64,000 bases of DNA. It comes from Lingula anatina (taxonomy: Eukaryota; Animalia; Brachiopoda). The position numbers and the translations under genes are program-made. Under the pieces are notes generated by a model. That model saw only the letters and a program-made list of their open reading frames with translations. It was not told the origin of the DNA and did no database searches. The DNA lies in assembly GCA_051362555.1 (NCBI GenBank), contig CM120640.1:63652788-63716787 (forward strand), read 5' to 3'. The first letter of the stretch is position 1; every line of letters starts with the position of its first letter. Below, one piece after another: positions 1 through 11,562 of this stretch.

Positions 1-564
1 AATTTTTTTTTTGTTGTGTTTTCTTTTTAATTTTTTTCTAAACACTGGCATTTTCAACTCCCATCCACCTGAAGCTCTTCAGATTTTCTGTATTTCCACA
101 TAAGCAGTTGCATAGGTTTTTATGTCTTTAAACAATATGTAATATTATTTTATGCACTGTCAACATTTTTCAAATATTGGGATTTTCATTATGTGAATTT
201 GAACTCTCATGGTCCAGAAACTGTAATCTTATTGCAGGGGTGGATTGAGGCCGTCTTCTGGGTCTTTCAGATGACGGTCAGATTTTAAAGTTTACATTGA
301 CTGGTATCAATTTTTTTCTGTTGGAAGACCATCAAAAGTGGAGGATGGATCAACAAAGATACTTTGGAATACTGTCAGAAAATATCTCTGGATCTGCTCC
401 TGTTATTGACCATGTTACCTGTTGTGCATGATTAAAAATCAGTGTTAACTGACTGTGTTATTATAAGCATTATTTATTATTGCATCAAAATTGACAAAAT
501 GACCTATTTTGCATCTTTATTTTCTGTTTTTTGTCTGTACATTTGACAGCTTTGCTGCCTTGTT
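1..564 (+). mobile_element. 3' part of a Helentron-associated non-autonomous element (HINE), copy C, in an RSKR intron
   Basis: Aligns closely by eye with 8890-9473. Ends in subTIR TGTCTGTACAT plus hairpin GACAGctttgCTGCC plus TTGTT, the same 3' end as the copies ending at 9473 and 27951. Confidence 0.75.
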
Positions 565-674
565 TCTGAATAGTATCTATTAATTTGTCTCAGATAGTTT
601 TGTAAGCTTGTTTGCATTTTAATTAAACATTTAAGTGCCCTGTCATTCATTGTGTGTGTGTTTTTTTTTTTCAG

Positions 675-3600
675 GTTTTGAATAAAGGTAAAATTATGGT
701 TGATGGAGATGTTCAGCAAACCAAAGATGAAGTTACAATACAAGTAAGCTTTCATGATTTTTGCTCATGTGTTTATCCAATTTTGTAAATAGTTATTATC
801 TTACGTCTGTGCAGAAAATAGAAAAAATTTCAAATCATTTTTAGTGCTTTACTGGATAGGCCACACAACATAATAAGGTAAGAGAAATTGAGTTCCCCCG
901 CTCCAAACTAAAAAGCATAACATTAGTGTTCACAAAGACTCAAAAAAAAAAAACCAAGATTTTATGATTCTATAACTTCATCATTATAGTTCATGCCCTA
1001 GTCATCAACCATACCAATTTTTATGATTATGATAGTTACAGAGTTATGTTGGAAATGGGTCACTATCTCACAACAATTTACAAAGCAGTGAAGTTGAAAC
1101 AACAAGAGTGTTTACTCTAAAGCGTTAATTTTTATTGCACTTATATTGAGGTAAGTATTTTATATAAAAAGTTGAGAAAAAGCTGCTTTGCCAATTATAG
1201 GCACTAATAATATATTGATCCCTCTTTTAAACCACTCAAATTTGCCAGACTTATTTTTCAAAGACAATGTATCATATATGTATATCATATTATGTTTTCA
1301 TTATTACAGAATAGACTTGGACATCATCCTTTCCTAGTCAAGGTGCATTATTTCTGGCAAAATAAAAAGAATGTATACATAGGTGAGAAAAGAAAAGTGG
1401 GTGAGGATTATTGCCAGTCTCACCGTTCTATAATGCTGATATCCATTTTGCTTTCAAATAGGTTTGTCATTTGAAGAAATGACAAAAAAGGTTAAGAGGA
1501 AGACCAAAAATCAGCTGCATGGCCAGTTATCAGAGAGCAGTGATAAATTTAAATCGCACATGCATACACACAAACAAACACACACACACACTGAAGACTT
1601 TTATTAGTGTATAAATGAAGATTTCTTATTACTTGCAATTCATTATAAACAAGTCATGATATTTAATTCTATTTTAGTGATGGATTTTGCATCCCATGGG
1701 GACTTATTCTCCCTTTGGAAACATATGGGAAACCACTTTTCTGAAGATCTCATTAAAATTTATGTAGCTGAAATAGCACTGGCTATTGGTAAGTGTCTAT
1801 TTAGCCTTGTGTAAAGACATCTTAGATTTTGTGTGAAGCAGGCAGGCATGGATGTGTGTATGCATATGCATATGCACATTCGCACATCTGCTGACTGATA
1901 AGTATCAGTTAGTTGCATTGCTGATGTTCCTTGGTGTGATCTTGCTACCTCTTCCTGTACTTCCTTCAATGCTAGTTGTTTGTGACAGCTCGACATATAG
2001 CAGAGTTGTGAAGCATTTGGGTTAATTTAGTTATGTTGTTCTTTATTCCAGATTTTCTAAATAATGCAGGTGTTATTTACAGAGACTTAAAGGTAGGGCT
2101 ATCTCCACATAATAAATAAATACGAGTAAGTCATATTCATAGTCAAAATAAACTGAATGAATGGTTTATTAAAAAAAGAAAATGACTGATTATGTATTTG
2201 TATATATTTAATGTATGTACTGATATTTGATGCAATGCTAGTCTTTTCACCATTTTCTGGTGGTGAAAAAGCAAATATGGAAATGCACGATTATTGGTAT
2301 TTTATTTTATTTTCAGATGGAAAATATACTGTTAGATGAATTAGGTAGGTGCAGAATTATATCGTGGTATAAAAAATTAATCTACAGACACTCACAATAT
2401 TCTGTTGAATGCATAGTGATTAGCAAAGGGATAGTTGTGTGTGTGTGTGTGTGTGTGCAAGAAAAATAAGTCCTGTCACTCATGTTCTTTGTACCATCCT
2501 TTTTCAACTGTATTGCTTAAGTATAGTATATATAGCACTTAGTTTGTTTCTTTGTATGTTTTTATGTCTATTGACCAGGGGCTACATGTTAAGCTATCGC
2601 TATGGAAAGAAGCTTATGATAGTATTTTCTTCACACCAGACTCTTTTGACATCAATCCATTCATCGATGACAACTGGAAAAAATTTAAAAACCAAAATCT
2701 CTCATCATTGGCCAATATGGCTGACTCACACTACCCACAAATATAAGCTATAGATCATTCACTTAATGACTTTTGACGTCATGACTTCAAAGGTGTTTCC
2801 AGTACAGAGGCCATATCTCTGAAAGCATTTGTCATGGAAGCAATTGGCTGACATTTTTGGTACCCTCATTGAAAATTGATTTGAAAGGTTGGCGAGGGGT
2901 TTATGCATTTCGAATCCGGTTAGGTTATAGCTTGATTTAGTGTGTCTGTACAAATAACCATTACCGTCATCTGTTGCAGTCACCATTCCCTTAAACACCA
3001 TTAGTTGTTATTGTCAGTCAAAAGTGATTCTTAGGACCTTAGTACAGCTTGAGTTTTTAAACAAACCCAATTGTATTTCTTAATTTATTTATTTTATTTT
3101 ATTTATTTATTTATTTTGAAGTAATGCAGTATTTTGTGACATTTTCATTTTTGATGTATTGCCATTGTCAATGTATAACTTTGAAATCACGTGGGCCTAA
3201 AGCCCTATGCAAATAGCATTTTCTGAATGCCCTTGTTATAAGAAATGCATAATTGAAAATCTGTAGTGATTATGCTATTAAGCATTATGTTACATTGCAT
3301 CAAAACTGGCAAAAATCTACTTTGTGTACCATCATTATTATTTTCTGCTTTATGTTTGCTTCCTTGTTTATTTGTTTGTTTGTATGTAGGTCATGCCAAA
3401 GTTACAGACTTTGGACTGGCTAAATGGCTGCAGAGAGGCCAGAGAACCAGAACAATATGTGGGACTTTGCAATATATGGGTAAATTACTTAAGTGTCATT
3501 TTTTCCATTTAAAGTTTTTTACATAGAAGGTAATGTATTGTTTTAATTAATTGATTTTATATTTTGAGCAGACTTTTTGTCTCATGTAAATAGATTTTTC

Positions 3601-4978
3601 ACTACAGATTTTACAACCATCCTGGATTTCAGATCCACCACCAGTTTGATAGAACTGCTCCTAAATGCATTGTGGGGGGGGGGGGGGGGGGGGGTCATAG
3701 AAAGAAATAATTTTAATAACAAAAATGTTTATAATGATATTGACAATTTTGAAATAAAGAAGGGATAATCATGGGTGCTAATATCTCTGAAATTAGTGTA
3801 ATAGTGATATTTTCTTCGTCATTTCACTGCTTCAGCCCCTGAGGTGCTACGGATGCGACCCTATACCCATGCTGCAGACTGGTGGACACTTGGCATTATG
3901 ATGTATGCTATGCTGGATGGCAATGTATGTACACTGGTGGTTGCAGAGATTTCATTGATAATCCCATTAGTCTTCTAAAAGTCACATTTTGTGGTATATT
4001 TCATAGAGATAAAGTGCAGACATACATTGTGATAAAGTCTTATTTCTGTGGACATAAGTGACAATGTATTACGGTCTGGTTGTTGATAGTCATCCTGAAG
4101 TATAAAGGCACATTTGCTTTAATAATAGCATGATGATGTATGTAGTGTACTTAGTCAGTTTTTATGTTACTATTCACATTATCACCATCGTAACTCAGTT
4201 TTAGACATTAAGGTAGTGTTCAATCATTATTGATTACTACAAACTTTAAGGCTATTATTTGTAACACAGTCAGTGTAAATCTACTTGTAGTTTCCAGTAT
4301 CTGGTGCTGAAGACCATAAGGAAATGTCAGCATTGTTGATGAAGTGGGGGCACACTTTTCCAGATAATTTCAGTATTGATGCCAAAAATGTACTAAGAGG
4401 GGTAAGCAGTTACTGTATTATATTTGTGGGTCTTCTTTAGACAAACCTAGTTATATGGCTACCTCAAATTTGATTTTTGCTTGATCTTTTGATATTAACT
4501 GACATGTGTATTGATTGACTAATATTGAATAAAGCCTAGAATCAGTTGCCAACATGGCTCATATTTGTCTTTCTTCATTTTTACACTCAGAAAATTAACT
4601 TTATGGCACATTTTTAGCTCCTGTCAATGGACCAAGATGTCAGAACTCAAAACTGTGATACTTTACAAAAAGAGCCGTTTTTCAAAGGCATGGAGTTTGA
4701 GCAAGTTTATGATAAGCAGGTATGCATTTGATGTAGGGGAAACCTGACAGGATGGAAATATTTTAGCAGTTTTAACTTAAAAGATTTAAAGTTGGCACAA
4801 TGATGAATTGGTAGTCTTTATTTTCCAATTTTGGAGTGAATTTGTTATCAGCTATCTGGTTCTTGGCAGTATAATGGAGCTTTATTTTCAGTTTGTTCCA
4901 AGTAATCATATCCCAGACTGGAAAGAATATGAAAATATTGTGAACCCTCCTCTTCCTCCCATTGAAGAAGTAGAGGTA

Positions 4979-5039
<61 letters not shown>

Positions 5040-5303
5040 TGAGAGAATAATAATTCAACATACAGAATAATACTAAACAGCAACTGGTTTTGAATTTACT
5101 TTTTTTTAAGTAGATGTTAGTACAACAACAATATAATAACTTAATTTAAATATTTAACTTATATACCTGCATTACTCAATATGTGATCTTTTTATAATTT
5201 TGGACAAATGTGAAAACAAACATTACAAAAGAATAACTTCTTACAGTTTCCCAACTTTGAGTGGAACAGTGAAATTCAAGAAGCGGAACCCACATTCTTG
5301 TGA
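675..5303 (+). CDS. RSKR: Ribosomal protein S6 kinase-related protein (RSKR/SGK494-like AGC kinase), 5'-partial, 11 exons in window
   Basis: GT-AG exons 675-743, 1310-1382, 1678-1788, 2052-2092, 2317-2344, 3390-3479, 3836-3924, 4291-4401, 4618-4719, 4892-4975, 5247-5303 join in frame: [84 protein letters not shown]..stop. RDLKMENILL, CGTLQYMAPE and HAADWW closely match the recalled human RSKR sequence. The Gly loop and VAIK lie upstream of the window. Confidence 0.9.
2560..3370 (+). repeat. Degenerate repeat (HINE-related) in RSKR intron
   Basis: 3020-3370 shares the ~335-bp satellite motif CATTATG..TTGCATCAAAA(T/C)TG(A/G)CAAAA with 7780-8640. Boundaries approximate. Confidence 0.45.
4981..5034. 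repeat. (GT)n microsatellite
   Basis: Perfect GT run just after the 4975 splice donor. Explains the spurious HTHT/VCVC ORFs. Confidence 0.95.
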
Positions 5304-6807
5304 AAATTTCAGTGTATGTTATTCACAACCAGAGACTGTGCTCTATATACAAATAGTAACAGCTTTCTTTCTGGTTCATTCATTTGATCCAGCTTCATTG
5401 ATATTGATTGAACAGTGGTCAGGGGTATTAAACAGGGATGTGATTATGAGGACATTTCTGGACTTCTGTTGTTTTTTTTTTACCCAGTCACATTAACATT
5501 CATTCATATTCATTTTTATTCATTAGGCCAGGAGAAGAGTTAAAACTATGCAACAGTATATTTAAAATGAATCAGTTGAAAAAAATGTTGGCTAGCAGAC
5601 ATGAAAAAAATACTGACATAAGTCAAAGGTGGGGAAGTTCTAAATGTTGCATTTTAATGCTACTAGATTAACCTACATGAGTTGACTTCCTGCACTGTAG
5701 CCACCATTGAATGTTACTTAGAAATGGCAGTGCTGGATACATGTGAAATGTATCATACTTAGTATATAGTAGCAAGACAAGAGTAAGGAGTATGTTCTCT
5801 TCCAATTATAAATACACTCAATCATGTAGATTTTTCTTATAAATTGATGAAAAGATTTCATTTTAAAACTATTTTAAAGTTAGTTTTATTTATTCTTTAA
5901 AATTAAATTTTGTAATTTTTTATGTGGACTGTACATTGCATGTACTGGTATCATATAACTTGTTTATTTACACAGTAAATGAGTATTTTAATTGATATCA
6001 TTTACTATTTTATGTTTAATGCATCTTATTAAACTTTTACACATGTATCAATAAAGCCATTCAATTCAGCAATCCAAGTGAAAAGAGTATTAGACATAAA
6101 CTCTGACATCAGCAATTTACTAGTTTCTGGTGTTTTTAAGAGAAGTTTTTTTTTTTTTTTTTTTTACTTTGGGAAAATATTGTCAGTATGACCATTGAAT
6201 CAAAATAGTTTGCGCATATATTTAAGGTGATTGCTTAAATTTTGTCAGTACTGAAAAAATGTCATATATTAGATATGTCAAGACAGTTTAGAATGCCATT
6301 AGTTATAAATGTTAGAATAGTTCATACATAATCTATGTTGCAACTTATGGCAATAGTTGCTGGTAGACTTAAGTGTAAGTGGAGGTGGAAAGTTTAACAA
6401 CAAGAAGTATGTCATCTAGTGAAAGACTTTTTATAACTTTTTTTTCAGAGCAGCTTTTAAAGGCAACATACAGGATTTATATAGGGTACTTTTTTATTTC
6501 AAACATGAATTTTAGTGTCCAAGTACACAAACTGCATTCAGAGATTTTTTATGAGAAATTTTTCAGATCTTATGGCCGGGCAAATTGATTATACATTCCT
6601 TTTCACCTAGGTTGTGAAAATAAAGTTATATTTATCATTGTCACTCTTAAAAAACTGAGGAACATTCGTTCTATATCTCTGTGATTCAAAAGAATTCCAA
6701 GGGGATCTCCTTTCTCAAAAGGTGAAATGAGAATGCAAATAAAGCGAATATAAATGATATTGCTTTAGTTTGTTATATTTCTAAGAAAGTGATAGGTGAT
6801 CAGTTCA

Positions 6808-9407
6808 TTTTTATGTACAGACACAGATGTGTCTGTACATATAGCCATCACCTGCGTCTGTCGTCGCCGTCGTCGCTGTCATTGCCGTCGTTGCCGTCGC
6901 CATGCACTTTTACCGATAACACGATAAGTGGAAAACCGTTTTTTCTTTTGGCTTGAAACTTACAGAACTGATGAATATTCATAATACGCAGGTCAAGTTC
7001 GAAAATCAGCATGATTGGGCCATTTTTAGGGAATTTATGCTGTTTTATCACTTTTTTCAGCATTTATGCAACACCGACAACACAATATTTGAAAAACTGT
7101 TTTACCTTTTGGCTTGAAACTTACAAAACTGATAAATATTCATAATACGCAAGTCAAGTTCGAAAATCAGCATGATCGGGCCATTTTTAGGGAAGTTATG
7201 CTGTTTTTTCACTTTTTTCAGCATTTATGCAACACCTATAACACATTTTAAGGAAAATCGATTGCCCAATTGTCTTGAAATTCACAGTTGTGATCAGTGT
7301 TACTGAAATACAGATTAAGTTTTGAAAATAAGCTTGATCAGTTAAAGTTTGGTGAAGTTATACCTTTTTTTTTTTGTATATAAGAGTTTTTTCCTCAAAT
7401 TTAATTCTCAGGCATGTTAACAGTCTCATTTTTTAACTAATTAGATATTTTAAGTTGTTCTTTTGACATTTTCTGCATCTTAACAACCTTGTTAGTCGAT
7501 TATATAAAAATGATGGTAAACCTGATATTGTGTATTGTGTAATAAGTGTCAAAAATGAAAAAAAAACTCATATCTTTACAGTTTGTCAGATTCAACCATT
7601 CACTATGTTCAGAATCTCAGAATGGAGCAAGTTGGACATTTATAATTGTTCTATTGATATTTTTGCTTTGACAACATATTTTTTTGATTGATCATATAAA
7701 AGTGACAGTAAATTGATTATTTTGTTTTATGTAAAAAAGGTGTTGAAAATGGAAATAAACTCTTTCAATACAGTTTCTATTGTTTACATTTTGGGATTTT
7801 CAAAGTATGACTCTGAACGCTATGGGCTAGTCACATTTTCTGAATATCCATGATACTTTTATTTCATTATTAAAAAATTTATGGTTATTATGCTGTTAAG
7901 CATTGTGTAATATTGCATCAAAATTGAACAAAACCCTATTCTGGGCACTGCCTCCGTAGTGGCGGTGAAAGGAAAACCATGTCACTTGCTCTTCTCACAC
8001 TTACAGGAAAGAAACATAGGACTGAAATACAGCTTCAGTTGTAAAATTGTCTCATTAGTTTATTGTTTGGAAGTCATACAGGTTTTTTGTGAAAATTTTT
8101 ATCTTTCACATGTTGCAATTTTCAATGTGGGACTTAGAGCTCCCTTGGGCATGAAGCCCAGTGGTGATCAAATTTTCTTAATGACCATGTTTTTAATAGT
8201 AGATATTTTAAAATTGGTGGTATTTATACAGTTAATCATTATGTAATGTTGCATCAAAATTGACAAAAAACCTACTTTGTGCTCTGCCACCATTAATATT
8301 ATGCAAAGTAAAGTGTTACTTTCTATTTTTTAACTAGTCTTACAAGAATGATTCTTAGGATTGACATACAGCTCATATTATAAAACCAGCTCTATTGGAT
8401 TATCATTTTTATTAAATTTATGCATTTTTTTGTGAAATTTTCATTTTTCTCATTCTGGCACTTTCTAATTGTAAACTTGAACTTCGATGGGCCTGAAGCC
8501 TTATGCTTTTACTTTCATCAGTGTTACCTGTTGTGCATAATTAAAATTTGATATTGATTGTGCAGTTAAACATAATGTATTATTGCATCAGAATTGTCAG
8601 TCTCCTGTTTTTGTGCATTATTGTTTTCTGCTTTTCTTAAGGTGTGACTTATGGGCCTGAAGACCTTTGATAGACAAATTTGTGTGGTCAGTCTTTAAAT
8701 TCCCCTTGGGTATTCACTAGGCCAAGTTTAGTGCTATAAACTCATTTGCCTAATTAAGTGGCCATTAAATTAGATTTCATAAAGCACACTTGTTGATATT
8801 TCCCTGTAAACTCCCAAAGGTTAAGCTCTCTGCTAGATAACATAGTGGCCATAATAAGGAAGCAGTGAATAACAGCTTCATTAGATAATATTTTTGTTGT
8901 TTTCTTTTTAATTTTTTCTCCAACACTGGCATTTATAAGATGTGACTTTTAACTCACATCCACCTGAGGCTCAGCACATTTTCTGTATTTCCACATAAGC
9001 AGTTGTATTGGTATTCATGTCTTTAAACACTATGTAATATTATCTTATGCACTGTCATCATTTTTCATATATTGGGATTTTCATCATGTGAATTTTAACT
9101 CTCATGGTGCTGAAACTGTAATCTTATTGAAGGGGTGGATTGAGACCATCTTCTGGGTCTCCTGGAAGACAGTCAGATTTTAAAGTTTATATTGATGGGT
9201 ATCTATTTTTTTCTCTGTTGGAAGACCATCAAAATGGAGGATGGATCAACAAAAATACTTTAGAATACTGTCAGAAAATATTTCTGGATCTGCTCCTGTT
9301 ATTGACCATGTTACCTGTTGTGCATGATGAAAAATCAGTGTTGACTGACTGTGCTATTATAAGCATTATTTATTATTAATCAAAATTGACCAAATGACCT
9401 TTTTGCA

Positions 9408-9442
<35 letters not shown>

Positions 9443-9473
9443 TCTGTACATTTGACAGCTTTGCTGCCTTGTT
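6808..9473 (+). mobile_element. Helentron-associated element (HINE/DINE-1-like), copy A, with internal tandem repeats
   Basis: 5' T-run, then palindrome ATGTACAGACACA-ga-TGTGTCTGTACAT (6813-6840), a (GTC)n microsatellite, ~150-170-bp tandem units (6915-7380), ~335-bp diverged units (7780-8640), 3' subTIR TGTCTGTACAT (9441-9451), hairpin and TTGTT. Confidence 0.75.
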
Positions 9474-9510
9474 TTTTTTACTTATTTGCCTTTAAAAAAG
9501 AACATATTAA

Positions 9511-9758
9511 GGCAGTGAACTTCATATTTATTAATAAATATTGATTTATAAATATCAACTCATAATATCACTAATAGTGTTAATTATTTGATATATCCTT
9601 AACCAAAATTATATGAACGTTGATTTGATTCATACCAAACCAAAAACTGCAAAAATTGGTCCCATTTCTGTTATAATCTAAAGAAATGCGTTAGGTGTGC
9701 TGTGGTGTAACTGTCACAATTTCCCAATCGTGATTGCTGTATCACAGCGCACCTTGCC
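9511..9758. mobile_element. Small TTAA-flanked non-autonomous DNA element (Kolobok-like)
   Basis: TTAA|GGCAGTG ... CACCTTGCC|TTAA. Shares its right TTAA (9759-9762) with the next element. Confidence 0.4.
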
Positions 9759-9762
9759 TTAA

Positions 9763-10345
9763 GGGTATTGTAATCCTTTATTATCATCCAGATGCCGGAA
9801 GTGTTTTTTTTTTCTTGCATCTAATTATGAAGTACTGCATCTATCTTTGAGCTGATTTAAAACAATTTAAAAAACTCGAAAATATAAAATATCAGCATGT
9901 ATATTTCTCATTGCTACGTATGAGCATACATTTAATTGTCAATTCACCACCTTTCTATTTGAGGTGAGATGGCAATCAGTTGGGGCGTAACTTCATCCCT
10001 AAACAAGTTTTTATCACAAAAATTGACAGTTTGGGCTACAATCCAGTGCCGTCATTTTGGTTTAAATGTTTTTGTTATGGAGTTATAAGCCCCTAATTAC
10101 AGATTTTCATTAAACAAAGCCATTTTTGCTTTATCAACGGTAAAATCAGAACAAAGAGATTCAGAATGATTGCTGTCAGGGTTTTGGAGTACTAAATGGT
10201 GTTGAAACGGTGATCGTGGGTGCTCAGGTAAGATACAAATTTGAGAAACCGATTTTTCATTTTTTACCCCAAAATCGCAATTGTGACGTCACCCATAAGA
10301 GGACATGTATAAATGTGATTTAACTTAGTCACTGAACACAGAGCC
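9763..10345 (-). mobile_element. Kolobok-like MITE, truncated inverted copy of 25248-25957
   Basis: Starts TTAA|GGGTATTGTAATCC and is the reverse complement of ~25370-25957 over ~580 bp. Confidence 0.75.
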
Positions 10346-10371
10346 TTAACCTATTACCCAAAAGCATGTAT

Positions 10372-10619
10372 GTAAAGCTCAGGTCCCAACCGAACGTACG
10401 GGCTGCTACGTGTGGTCTACGGCCAAAAAAATGGGGAAAACGTGGGAGTTCGTGCGTGGTTAGCACGTCCATCGTGCGACTTTTGGAGGACGCAAACAGC
10501 ACGTAGAAGCTTTTCACCAATTACTTGATTTCTTCCCTGCGATCTAGCTACGACCTAACCGGGCATAAAGAACAAAAAAAAAAAAGTGTGTCCAAAACGT
10601 AGTTAGGACCTAGGCTTAA
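10372..10619. mobile_element. Palindromic MITE (Harbinger-like)
   Basis: Imperfect terminal inverted repeats TAAAGCTCAGGTCCCAAC..ACG / CGTAGTTAGGACCTAGGCTTAA. CpG-rich interior. Confidence 0.5.
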
Positions 10620-11562
10620 GGCAGTAAATAAGGAGTCTTGGGCATATACGTTTAATTCTACTTTGTCATATAAGACCAAATATCTGGTGCACATATTGTG
10701 TGTACATATTATATAACTTGATGTACACAGGCACACGTTGAAGTAAATAAAAATCGTATAGACTGCGAACGTTTTATTTTTTATTGAATTATGTTTTACT
10801 TATTATTTGTATAAACCATACAGTACGTGCCAAAATTACCGATTTATTAAAATGTAATTAGTTGCAGAGAATATAAATGCAAAATTCCATTTTTTTGCCG
10901 TATTTACTTTATACAGGTGCAATTATAATACGTATAATACCCAGTTGCGGTTTGCGCTGGTAACAAATTGTTCAGCTAAAATTATTGACGTTTATTGATG
11001 TTTGCATTATGACACATTTTTTCTTAATTTGATATCTCAAATCGAATACGTGGGGTAGTAAGGAGAATTACTATTGTTTCCTACTGAAACGGCTTTCATC
11101 AGGAGGTCATTATCGGCAAATATTTGTTGGGTGGTCTGTTTGCCTATAGTGCTGGTGAATTGACAGGGTGTAAACTATATTATGATGCGGACTTCATTAC
11201 TTGATTAGACAGTGTGCCTCTAAAGTGAGCTGTGTTTGCAAATGATCCTTGTCGTGCATTGTCCGGATCCCCTCATGTTTTCTTAACGTAGGTAAATATT
11301 TTACATCGTTTCCGCTTCGATTGAACGTTGTTAGGAACAAACCGGCAGCGAATCCGTTCTCATTTTCGGCAGGAGTACCCGTAACTATGCAAAACAAAAT
11401 CGAAGTCTCAGTCATTAGTGAAATGTCCCATGCCCACCTAGGGAAGACACCGCCTCCGTTCTGAAACGTGTTTTCAAAGGAAGGGTTTATTGATTATCAA
11501 GGCGTATTAGCAACGTTTGTTTTGGCTCCCAGTTGTTCATCAGTCTTCCAGCTCAAATAATT

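Noticed and set aside
4772-5083. ORFs with HTHT/VCVC runs (also 2260-2753)
   Set aside because: Translations of (GT)n microsatellites overlapping real kinase exons.
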